DNA of 64,000 bases from Antedon mediterranea (Eukaryota; Animalia; Echinodermata), in contig NC_092677.1 in the NCBI RefSeq assembly GCF_964355755.1, forward strand, positions 8,764,101 to 8,828,100, given 5' to 3'. Below the pieces are notes generated by a model. It was not told where the DNA came from. It saw only the letters and a program-made list of their open reading frames with translations, and searched no databases. This document shows positions 52,801 to 61,871 of this stretch, one piece after another; the first letter of the stretch is position 1, and each line of letters starts with the position of its first letter. A program made the position numbers and the translations under genes.

Positions 52801-53009
52801 TAAATAAGTTGTTTATTAATTATAAAACAACAATTGATAATTATATTATTATTTATTTATAAACAAATAAATTATGTGATTACACAATTTTCAAATAAAC
52901 ATCTATTTTAATCCAACAAGTACTGTGTATCCACAGAATTAACTAATTATCAATAGAAGGTAAAAATAAAAGGAGCTCATTTGCTTACCTTACTAAATTC
53001 GGGCTTCAT
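20786..53009 (-). CDS. TTC3: TTC3/DZIP3-like E3 ubiquitin ligase (TPR repeats, TTC3/DZIP3 Cys-His domain, coiled coil, C-terminal RING-H2), ~35 exons
   Basis: Putative first coding exon MKPEFSK (53009-52989) splices to AIIERWKS.. (51970). TPR exons at 45346-45256 (KGNDKFKEG..ALYSKAI) and 44104-43838 (YGNRAQTYL..LKPTWAKAYYRYAQAL). CTEDCRLDYHILCWK at ~40100 and a large exon at ~29075-27673. The RING is split across exons: DDPCVICHEEM..LECQHTFHTD (ends 21487) + CIQRWMNEQKTCPTCREFVLLPDDYPTL* (20872-20786). The 5' exon structure is less certain. Confidence 0.85.
20958..21058 (-). mobile_element. Short Helentron-type (HINE) element, degenerate copy of 63691-63800
   Basis: The reverse complement matches AACAAG(G/A)CCATATAC..CAAGTTAGTGTTTAC..CCGACCGACATA.TGAGCTGTAGAGTCG. 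Confidence 0.6.
23145..23285 (-). repeat. Coding 24-bp minisatellite encoding PQVGSHV(P/A/Q) octapeptide repeats in a TTC3-like exon
   Basis: Repeated GAGAACCAACTTGAGG; translation QVGPQVGSHVPPQVGSYVAPQVGSHVPPQVGSHVQPQVGSHVAPQV. Confidence 0.85.
24048..25222. repeat. 63/64-bp intronic minisatellite, ~18 copies, with a 254-bp 4-mer higher-order unit
   Basis: Unit GACACCTCTATAAAGGGAGCAGGGCAATATATGTTTAAACTCTATGGCAAACCCTATTTAAGA. The GTAGGAC variant recurs at ~24573, 24827 and 25081. Confidence 0.95.
29142..29495 (-). mobile_element. Chimeric SINE: 5S rRNA-derived head + tRNA-derived segment + core + LINE-like tail and poly(A)
   Basis: The minus strand starts GTATACGGCCATACTGCGTTGAAACACCGGTTCTCGTCAGATCACCGAAGTTAAGCAAC..GGATGGGAGACCG..GGGTGCTGTA (5S-like, ~29480-29363). 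It continues TGGTGTAATGG..GGTTCGAGG (A/B box), TCCTTAGGCAAGATGCTTTAC and GAATTTCCTCACTTGAGGACAAATA, then an A-rich tail. Confidence 0.8.
29848..30117. mobile_element. Two adjacent Harbinger-like MITEs (AGCTCTGTCTACACTATCAAACT family)
   Basis: TIR AGCTCT(A/G)TCTACACTATCAAACT ... AGTTTGATAGT(G/A)TAGACAGAGCT with TWA flanks. Further full or partial copies at ~25885-25980, 33536-33653, 41300-41397, 42787-42915, 45960-46072 and 48526-48633. Confidence 0.75.
30481..31958 (+). mobile_element. Helentron-associated non-autonomous element (HINE, DINE-1-like architecture)
   Basis: Left end: T-run, subTIR AGGTTATATGCAT, its inverted repeat ATGCATATAACCT and a (TTTA)n microsatellite. Right end: ATGCATATAACCT (31914-31926), hairpin AATTCGTCA-TAG-TGACGAATT and CTAGTT. 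Confidence 0.8.
34975..35215 (-). mobile_element. tRNA-derived SINE
   Basis: Minus-strand head GGAGCTGTGGCTGGGTGGTTATGATGCTTGGCTACCAATCTAAGGGTCCTGGGTTTAAGTCC. Homologous to 2495-2690 and partly to ~47925-47995. Confidence 0.65.
35975..36340. repeat. TTATATTCTCATGGTTA-core minisatellite inside the Academ element
   Basis: More than 10 copies of TATTCTCATGGTTA at ~27-30 bp spacing. It explains ORFs 35955-36341. Confidence 0.85.
36424..39298 (-). pseudogene. Academ transposase pseudogene (multi-exon, catalytic core deleted)
   Basis: Exons encode GFHATCYRRYT, LPKKCIICK, LRKAAEMREDESILKDIRGKSCACIEVRYHDQCYKNY and RQTPKSLALGLTVR. There is an in-frame TGA at 37951-37953. The sequence then jumps directly to an ECE*DECENR..acidic C-terminal tail ending TAG at ~36424. 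Confidence 0.75.
44140..44322 (-). mobile_element. Degenerate tRNA-derived SINE with Nin-like core
   Basis: Minus strand GGTAGCTTAGTGGTTAGGATAG.. followed by CCCAGTCTGTAAATGAGTACCTGG. Confidence 0.45.
44370..44993. mobile_element. Kolobok-type MITE
   Basis: TTAA|AGACACCTTCCCTAC ... GTAGGGAAGGTGTCT|TTAA. A related truncated copy is at ~53465-53663. Confidence 0.85.
45467..45670 (-). mobile_element. Solo LTR
   Basis: TGTA...TACA termini, a 5-bp direct repeat AGGCC on both sides (45462-45466 and 45671-45675), and AATAAA on the minus strand (~45580). Confidence 0.7.
48752..48930. mobile_element. PIF/Harbinger-like MITE (near-identical to 10784-10962), adjacent to or nested in an older relative
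   Basis: AGCTTGGTTCCCACTAG ... CTAGTGGGAACCACGCT. Confidence 0.75.
49546..49996. mobile_element. Kolobok-type MITE with an interrupted right TIR
   Basis: TTAA|AGATGTATTGTCC ... GGGGAC-AATAC-[49866-49987]-AATAC-ATCT|TTAA. Confidence 0.65.
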
Positions 53010-53199
53010 TTTTCACAAGAATATTCAGTAATAATACGCACAAAGACTATAATATAAAAAACACAATAGGATAAGTATATGAATGCATTATTATACAGGT
53101 ATTAACACAGCTTTTTTCAGTCACTCATGCAGTGGGAGTGAACCATGTGAAAAATTGGTATTTGTTGAACAGTTGATAATTGATTCAAGTACCAGTCTA

Positions 53200-53228
53200 A
53201 TGCAAACTGACCTTTGACCTATTTGCAT
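53200..53228. promoter_or_regulatory. Perfect DR1 nuclear-receptor element flanked by inverted octamer(-like) motifs
   Basis: ATGCAAAC-TGACCTTTGACCT-ATTTGCAT, about 190 bp upstream of the putative TTC3 ATG. Confidence 0.45.
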
Positions 53229-53682
53229 AAAGATATGACATCTCATAAAGACGCCCTTTAAATCTCTGGTGCCTGGTATTATATTGTAAGTCAAAGTGCT
53301 GTAGGGTATAATCATGGATAAATAGCATTCTATCCATGTGGTATAATCATGGAGGAATCAAGGATAACTACTATATACAAAATTATATTTAATTTTATAG
53401 CTCCATGGACTCGGAGGAATCATATAATCATAATTAATTTCATTTTTTTTACTAAATCCCTTAAAGTCCCATTCCCTACATTTTTTAGATCTAATTTAAG
53501 GTCACAAACTACATTTTTTTAATATAAAATAAATACTATACAGTATATTATGGTCCTACTGTATTGCGATAACTGTTTTCCTCTATGGTTAAAAATGTGG
53601 AAAATAAGTTGATTCTACAGTAACAATTTAAGCAGCCCGCTGTAAATCCCAACATGCATTGCGAGTAATAATAATAATAACT

Positions 53683-54041
53683 CACTCTAATAGTAACCCA
53701 TGGGGGTTACTATTGGAGTCACAAAAACTTTTGATACAGCCATATTTTGAAAATAAGGAGATAATGCATGTTGATCTCATATCATATCATATCAGGAGTG
53801 GAGGAGGATTGAGTGTTTTTGAGTTTATAAATTAAAGTTAGAGTTCAACCAAATTTGTTTATTTCAGATAATGAGTTGCTGACCGGAAAAGTTGGGGGTG
53901 GGTTACTATTTCCAGGTGCCTAATTTAAGATTACTAATAGTAAACCACTACTCTAATAGTAACCCCCCTTCTAATAGTAACCCACCCTAAAAATTAATCA
54001 AAGAATAATAACCCAGGGTTACAATTAGAAGATTTACGGTA
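53683..54041. mobile_element. Truncated Tc1/mariner(pogo)-like MITE with repeated CTAATAGTAACCC subterminal motifs
   Basis: Right end ..TTAGAAGATTTACGG|TA, plus several CTAATAGTAACCC / GGGTTACTATT copies. Confidence 0.5.
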
Positions 54042-55059
54042 CTGACATGGTAGTTAACCTTTGTCATCATATCTAAATTACAGTATTGCTAGTGGATCCT
54101 AAGTACTACTACTAGATGTTTATTTTAAGGTACTCTGTGAATTCCCAATACAATATTTTTAAAACAAAATACATACACAAAAAGGAAACAGTGTCTAAGA
54201 TTCAATTTACATGGTAGATGGTTTCTTTTGATGCAATGAGGAAGTATTGTTTTTTATTAATTACTAAATCATTCTTTTCTAGAAAATTGCAAAATAGCTT
54301 GTCACAAAGGGAATTGAACAATATAAACCCAAAATAACCTGAGTATGGCAAACACTTATTATTTTTGCATTGTAAAATAATTCTACTAAACTTGATCAAT
54401 GAAATCTTTAGAAAATTTAACCTAGGCCTAGTTATTTCACTTAATATAATAAAATAGATTACAATTATCTAAAGTCTAAGTTCATATCTCTTTATAATAA
54501 AGTTTAATTAACAAAAAACAAACAAAATGAGAAATGCAATTTTGAAAAACAAGTTGTTCAGTATCATTAATTTCAAACAAGGGCCTAGAAAATGAATGTA
54601 GTTCCCTATTACTGAGTACATTATTTTTTGTTACAATTAGTAGTAGGGTAGATTACCAACTAACTAGGTTAGGCCTAGCTCTGCGTTTCTCCAGAGGCCT
54701 ATATTAGTCAATCAGCCTGCGTACCCTGCTCTCCTTCGCCCGGCCGGTAGGCCTACTAGTCTAGCCTAGGCTAGTTAGTTAGGAAGCCTAGGCCTGGTCG
54801 GCCTGGCTAGAGACCGCTATTTCTTCTTAAATAGGGCCTATATCAGAAGTCTAAAATTATCAAATTATATTGGTATTGATTAATAGTATTTATTAGAATG
54901 TACTGACCTTTCAATGTTACATCCAATGAACAGATTCTGTAATAATAAAGTATCTGATTTTATTACACAATATGTTTTTATGATTACGCTACACGCCCTC
55001 TGTTGCGCGTGCGTACAACCAATTCCAAAGAATAGGATCGGAGCAGGGGTCGTCGCGCC

Positions 55060-57398
55060 CAAAGATCGTATAGCGCCACGTAGTGGCGCAAGATATGGAA
55101 CTGACGCTCAAAAAATGATAATTCCATGGGCAGCCATTCCGGCAAGCGGATTACCCAGTAGGCAATGCGGCACGCCACCAAATCAATGAAAACAAATAGG
55201 ATTTACATCTACGCGATAAACAGTACGACTTTATTTTATCTTTCGCGTCAAAATGAAAGAACATCTATATAAAATTCGATTATATAAATTTACTCCATTT
55301 GATATTACACTTACATATGCGTATATCACTGTCCAACCTCAAACGGCTACAGAATAAACACTGACTGTATGAAGGACGAATTTTGTAGGCAGTCGGTTGA
55401 GGCATAGTTATAAATAGTGTCGCGGGGCGCAGCGCGATGCTACGCACTTCACGCCCAAGGTCGGCCGCGTTTGGCCTAGGCTGGGATGATGGCTTAGTTT
55501 ATGTGCGAGAGAAGCATTTTTTTGGAGATGAATTGTAATAATTGCCAAATATATTGTCCAAAACTGTCTTTTTAATTTAAAAAAAAAAAAAAAATTAATG
55601 GGCAGGGGGATGTTCTTTCCCCTGTTCGGACCCTCTCTTTCTATTTTGTGTGCTTCAGGCCTACAAAGTTATTTCATTGCAAGGGGAATTTTACTACGAT
55701 CTGCCACAACTGTAGTATACTGTACAAACATTACTAGATACAAAAACAATTGTTACATTTTTTTAATTTCAAAAAAGTAAAAGTATTAAATATTAATTTT
55801 AAAAATTCATAATCATAATTTGTTCTTTTCAACCCACTTTTATTAGCTCAACTTTCAATATTACAGACAGGATTAAAATGCAATAAAAATACTGAAAAAT
55901 CTCACTTTATACAATATTAATAAATAATGATGGAATAATTAAATACACTCAATAAATAAATTACGAATGTATGGTTTTAGCCTTCTTAAATACAAGGAAA
56001 ATTCTATTATTTTGATTTCTTGTATTACAAAAGAAGCCAATAGGCCTAAACAACAGTACTGATAATAACTGAATTCTGGTTATTTCCTTTCACTTAAAAG
56101 TATGAGGTGTGTGAAAATAGTGATTTTATTTGTAATCCCATAGGATACTGCTCCTTTTCAAGAATCAAAAATATAAACTATTATTACTATTGAAATATAA
56201 TTGTCCATCAGTTCTGGCCTTTGTATTTAATTCTTGTGTAAAATACCACTTTGCACTCAATCATCTATCTTCTCAATTTTACAGTATGATGACAGACTTA
56301 TATCTTTCTGAAATAGGGAAAAATATATCATTAAATTATTAGGTCACTTTTCGAACTGTTACATAATCATTTGATTACTTATTATAGTATTTTAAAATAC
56401 TATACATTTTTAAATTCAAAACAAAAGTCAATATACTATTTATTAATAATTGTAAGTATTCAAAAATGTTTACATTAATTAACTAAATAAATATGAGGAT
56501 CAAATTTATAATTTAAATTTATTAAATAAAAAAAACAAACAATTCATTCATTCATAATAACATTTATTTCTTATCATTTCAAAGTAAACAAAATAACAAT
56601 TTAAATATAAATAATTAAGAGGCAACACCCAGAAAGTAATAACATTTGGAGGTTTCCCTCCAAAAAAACTTGTGACGGGTAGCCAGTTAAGAAATTGTAA
56701 TCATATTGGAGTTTAAACAAACAGAAACAAAACAAGACAAACAAACATGTAAAGCAAGACAACGACAAATTAACAACAATAACAACATCCTCACGATTTT
56801 TGATTTCATTACATTTAATTATTTCTGTTAATGTTATTATTAATAAAACGCTATATTGTCTTGTACATTTTTATTAAAAATTCCTAATTCCCGAACAGCT
56901 TCAGTTTTTTTCTTAATCTTCCATCCATCCAAGCCTTGTTTGATCCATCTATCATCAAGACGCCAATCAATATCATTCATCCTCCCAGACTTTTTTTTAT
57001 TAATCATACTAACTAAACTAGGCCTAGTATTCGGCATTAAATATGCCCAGGCCTACTACTACTAGTACTAGGCCCTAGATCGGATTGCGCAGAGAAACGC
57101 CTGCCTGAACTAAATTTAAACAACAATTTAATAATTTTGTTAATGTTTACTAACAAAAAAATATATATTCTAAAAACTTACCACTACAATTTACCCAATA
57201 CAACACGAGAAAACTTCCCGAACAAACAATAACACGTCACACGTGGATGTGGTTCAATGGTTTATTATACACTTCCGGGGTATGTGATCGCGTAACTTGC
57301 TTGCCGGAATGGCTGCCCATGGAATTTCACTCATGCGCAGTGTATAAGAGATAGGAGTTCCCTATCTTGCGCCACTTCGTGGCGCTATAGTATCTTTG
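55060..57398. mobile_element. Non-autonomous P-superfamily element (P1)
   Basis: TIR CAAAGATCGTATAGCGCCACGTAGTGGCGCAAGATATGGAACT / AGTTCCCTATCTTGCGCCACTTCGTGGCGCTATAGTATCTTTG. A second inverted block TTCCATGGGCAGCCATTCCGGCAAGC occurs near both ends. The 8-bp TSD is GTCGCGCC (55052-55059 and 57399-57406). Confidence 0.9.
55437..55521 (+). ncRNA. Candidate Pol III small structured RNA carried by P1 (family unknown)
   Basis: TATAAATA at 55409-55416 and a predicted +1 about 28 nt later. The GC-rich body has pairable ends (ATGCT/AGCAT, CGCAC/GTGCG) and an inner hairpin, and runs directly into T7 (55517-55523). Confidence 0.4.
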
Positions 57399-57422
57399 GT
57401 CGCGCCTGTGGTTCTTTTTTGG

Positions 57423-57608
57423 CAAAGATCTTATAATCTAAAGATAGGACACTCTCGGAATTCTACGTGCAATTCATGTAACACACATGGAGCTCATTTT
57501 ATAGGGCGCCCTCTTGCTCAAACGAGTAGATTTATGGATCAGATATGTCTACTGTATTGTAACTGAATACTCAATTTTTTTCATCACAATAATATTATAT
57601 GATCTTTG
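57423..57608 (+). mobile_element. 186-bp mini P-superfamily element
   Basis: CAAAGATCTTATAAT ... ATTATATGATCTTTG. Its internal TAGGGCGCCCTCTTGCTCAAACGAGTA is homologous to the 5' end of the neighbouring element (reverse complement of ~60137-60164). Confidence 0.7.
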
Positions 57609-58160
57609 GTTTATTCCAAAGATCTTATATACTACTTTTCATCCAGCAGCAAAACAGTGCATATTAGGAAAATATTTTAGTCAAATAGTGTGTTATAAAC
57701 AATTAAAAAAGAACAAGAAGTCACTTTTTAAAATCACTACTTCGACTATTTTATTGCAGTAATTTTTAGGAATATATTTATAAACAATCATAGGCTTAAG
57801 CCTACAGTCATGACATGAAACAGATTATGATAGTCAATTCTGAGACAATTCATACTAGGACTACTGCATTATGTACCCATCATTCGCCATGACATTCATT
57901 TGTTATTATAATTTATTTAAAACCTGAGATAGCAATTAGTTATGTTATAGTAGTCTCAGTTTAAAATTAACTCAATAACTATTGCAAAATGATGCACGGG
58001 CCACCCAGAGGAAATATAAAAAATGTAGAAACATTGAAATAAAATCATCATATTTACAATTATTCAATCATCATACAATTGACTGTCGTAATGATCATCA
58101 TTTCTAGCCGATAATGCACAGACCAGGGCGCGTACAGACCTCCTACAACTTTACCATACC

Positions 58161-58883
58161 TCATAAATGTGATACTTTAATTAATTTTTTACTCTTCTTC
58201 TTATCACTGATTATGTCTCTGTTGAAGAATTTAACAGCATAGAATATGCGTAGGTTTACGTACGTTTCAATTAGCAATGTTTCAATTGCTGGTGAACAAA
58301 GATTCAACTTCATACCAAATCTATGTAACATGGTAGCGATTTTTAACTTTATTTTTCTGCTGATGTTTGATGTATGTAAGTATTTGTTAAAGTTAGAAAC
58401 AAAAATCTTTTCACAGATAGATAGGACATTAACTACATTTTCAGTAGGCATAATTAATCCTCCGAAGTCGTTGTACTGGTTGATGGGCATATAAGACTTA
58501 AAATGTGTTAGGAACTGCCTTGGGTCTTCCAGTTTTCGATTGGTTTCTCGCATCGCACTGTTACAGATATCGCAGTTGCGCTTTACACTTACTTTCTTGA
58601 CGACGTAACCGGCTACATATACTAAAGTATTTAGCTGAGTCATCTCAAAGTCTTCTAAGCAGCAGTCGTCGTCAGTGGTGGCATCGTTGTCTTCTTGATC
58701 GGTAACATGATGCGATTGTGGCGTTGATGATGATGATGATGATGATGATGATTGGGCCATCATTATTGCATCAATTCCATTTAGCTGTCGATCAGTGTCT
58801 TCTAGGCAATTCGAATTCCCTAACGGAATTAACATCCTGTTGCACATAACTTCCTTCAGGGAGGCTCTAAATTCATCTACCAT
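58161..58883 (-). pseudogene. C-terminal part of a P-element/THAP9-type transposase (240-codon open frame, no catalytic core)
   Basis: Motifs EFRASLK..NSNCLED, LVYVAGYVVKKV..CDIC, GGLIMPT and YVNLRIFYAVKFFN are characteristic of P-superfamily transposase C-termini. Confidence 0.75.
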
Positions 58884-60055
58884 GGGACATCAAATATTGT
58901 AGGGACTGCATTCCATACAAGTCTTCTTGTGACCATCAGTATTTGAGATTCTTCGAAATGAATATTGCACAAGCGGCAATTACGATGTAAATAGGAACTT
59001 GGTTTCCTTCTCAAATCCGCGCGTCGTGTGTTCTGGGCCCATTTTGCACACCTGTAAATTAATAATTTGTCTGGTGAGTTTTTGCTTTATCATAATTAAC
59101 GTTTACGTAATTATAGGACGTCTGCGTGCATGCTAATTGATTTTCAAATTGGTTAGGGCCTAAAGTCAAATACTTAAGCCTAACCTAAAACCACTAACTA
59201 ACTAACGGTTGAATTTCATAAATATTAAGTATAAGATTCAATTAAAAATTGTTTGTTAGGGCTACTCAACGGATAAGTAATATAACCAGGGAACAATAAA
59301 AATAGTGTAATTTCACTATTATTATAACTAATGTCCTAGCCTAATAATGATAATAATAATCATTCCATGCGTTAATATACTGTAATGTACGTAACGGCTA
59401 GTTAAATTAAACAAAATAAAATAACCATGAGACAGAAAGCAAATATTAACCATGAGACGGAAAGCATGAAATAATTAAGATCACAATTTGTTTATATTAA
59501 GTATTATTATTATTATTATTATTTGTATAATGTAAAAAGAGGGACTACAGCGACATGCCAATTGGGCTTCTTGTAGTCTTTCGACCAAATTTTTACTTAT
59601 ATGCCAACAATTGTAATGATATAATATTTGGTCAATAAATGTTTCTTGAATTGAAAGTTTTAAAAGTTGTTTAAGGTACTAAATTTTAAAGGATAAAGTA
59701 ATATAACCAGGGAACAGTGAAGAAAATAGTGTAAGTTCACTGTTATATAATTAATGTACTAGTAGTAGCCTAATAATGATAATAATAATCATTTCATACC
59801 TACGTTTAAATAATAATTATTAATAATAGGCCTACCTAGCCTAGTTTATTAATATATGTATAAATTGAATACACAGTAAAGTAAGGTTAGTCCCTACATA
59901 GCATAGGCCTATGTTAAGATGTAGGCTACTTATTTAATTACATAAATTTACCTGTTCTTGTCTTTGGGAAAATTGTGTTCTGGGTTGGCCTTTGAATTGC
60001 TTTTACAATTAATTGCAGCACAGTATATCCCTCCACTTTTTCTCTTTTCATTCAT
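58877..60055 (-). CDS. Two-exon THAP-domain-only protein, 92 aa (transposase N-terminus)
   Basis: Exon 1 60055-59952 MNEKRKSGGIYCAAINCKSNSKANPEHNFPKDKN. Exon 2 59051-58877 RCAKWAQNTRRADLRRKPSSYLHRNCRLCNIHFEESQILMVTRRLVWNAVPTIFDVPW*. The C2CH ligands, conserved P/W/F residues and AVPTIF box are all present, and the intron is GT-AG. Confidence 0.75.
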
Positions 60056-60331
60056 TGTTTCTTAACCATACAAACTTTGGCGCGACTCCTCAATCCCATT
60101 TTCTTAAGAATACTGCGATCGTCACGCAAAAGTTCGTTACTCGTTTAAGCGAGGGGGCGCACTATAATTTGACGCTTCTAAACGCGGGAAGTGTCACATC
60201 TTTAGTATAATAAGATCTTTGTTTTTTGGCCAGCCTGTGGTCCGAGGGCGCTAGATATTTGGCCAGCCTGTGGTCCCGAGGGCGCTAGACATTTTTTTTT
60301 TTCTTCTTTAGAAGAATAGTGCTGTTCCGCC

Positions 60332-60842
60332 GTACCACGCCGAGAATGTTAAAGAGTCGCTATCCAATCGAGTTTGAACAATACCATGAAAGCCCCAGTG
60401 GTCTAATGGTTAGGGCAACTGCATATCAAGCAGACGGTCCGAGTTCGGGTCTCGGTTTGGGCGACTTTTTCTCATTCTCACAGATTTCCTCATCTTTATC
60501 GTTTCAAATTCATTAATTAAATTTCAGTAGCCCCCTATATCACCGGGCGGTTTAGAATTAATGTTCTTTGCCTATGTGTTTATAAACAGTATATCACCGG
60601 GTGGTTTAGAATTAATGTTCTTTGCCTGTTGTGTTTATAAACATAACAAATAAATGAATTTAATTAATGAATTTGAAACGATAAAGATGAGGAAATCTGT
60701 GAGAATGAGTAGCCCCAACCGTGACTCGAACTCGGACCGCCTGCTTGATATGCAGATGTCCTAACCATTAGACCACTGGGGCTTTTATTGTATTGTTCAA
60801 ACTCGATTGGATAGCGACTCTTTAACATTCTCGGCGTGGTAC
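60332..60842. repeat. Inverted pair of a tRNA-containing repeat; a partial third copy lies beside (TA)n at ~46884-47010
   Basis: Arms at ~60332-60523 (+) and ~60655-60842 (-), each containing GCCCCAGTGGTCTAATGGTTAGG..GAGTTCG (tRNA A/B boxes). Confidence 0.75.
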
Positions 60843-60844
60843 AG

Positions 60845-61027
<183 letters not shown>

Positions 61028-61345
61028 CTCTTTGATGTTTTTGTGTGAAAAGTTTTATCGAAATGCTCAAAATGGTCTAAAATGGTTTCTAATGTGATTT
61101 TAAGCACTTTGATGTTTTTGTGTAACCAAGTTTCATCGAAATGCACAAAATGGTCTAAAACGTCTCCAAATGCGATTTGAAGCTATTCTAGGCCTAATAC
61201 TTTTGTGTTTTTATGTTAACAAGTTTTTTCGAAAATCACAAAATGGTCTAAAACGTCTCCAAATGCGATTTGAAGCTTTTCTTAGCACTTTGGTGTTTTT
61301 ATGTTAACAAGTTTTTTTGAAAATCACAAAATGGTCTAAAACGTC
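61028..61345. repeat. ~80-93-bp tandem repeat, ~4 copies
   Basis: AAATGGTCTAAAA recurs at ~61070, 61148, 61241 and 61328. Confidence 0.8.
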
Positions 61346-61871
61346 TGTCTATATATATATATAAGTTAAATTTGCCACTAGAGCATATACATGTAGGCAA
61401 CTTGCATGTAGTGCCTCAAAGTTGAATGGTCACGGTATTAACTATATTATCATACTTAATAAAATAACAATAAAATGTTAAAGCATATGTTTAAGCCTTT
61501 TTGCAAAGGAATACTGAATAATTTAATAAAATGTCCGAGGTCTAATGTTGGAGGTTATCGTCCTTTGACGAAGAGAATCTAAACACCAAAGCTACAACCT
61601 AATAGTTGGGATTCAACTAAACCATTTAATTTTATTATGCATTGAAATTAGATAAAGATTTCATTTTATTGATCCACAGGCAATCATATTAAATTTCCTT
61701 TTGAATTAGTATTTTATGACAATGTTTCTATTAATAAACGAATCGATATATAGGTGATCACAACAGATATTAATTGCATTGTCAACGAATCTTCACGTAT
61801 ACTTCAACATCAGACACATCTAGTTTTATTTGACGACAGAAGCAGAACATGAACGTATAACGCCTCACATA

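Larger units (their letters stand above)
57617..60221 (-). mobile_element. Internally deleted P-superfamily (THAP) element (P2)
   Basis: Termini CAAAGATCTTAT.. at 57617 and ..ATAAGATCTTTG at 60221. Contains THAP exons and the transposase C-terminus. The TTTTTTGG duplication flanks the mini+P2 unit (57415-57422 and 60222-60229). Confidence 0.85.

Noticed and set aside
54880-55189. Three overlapping GC-rich ORFs
   Set aside because: They span promoter sequence and the P1 TIR, and show no recognisable protein motifs.
60391-60462. tRNA gene
   Set aside because: The acceptor and T stems are degenerate, and it is embedded in a dispersed repeat present three times in the window.
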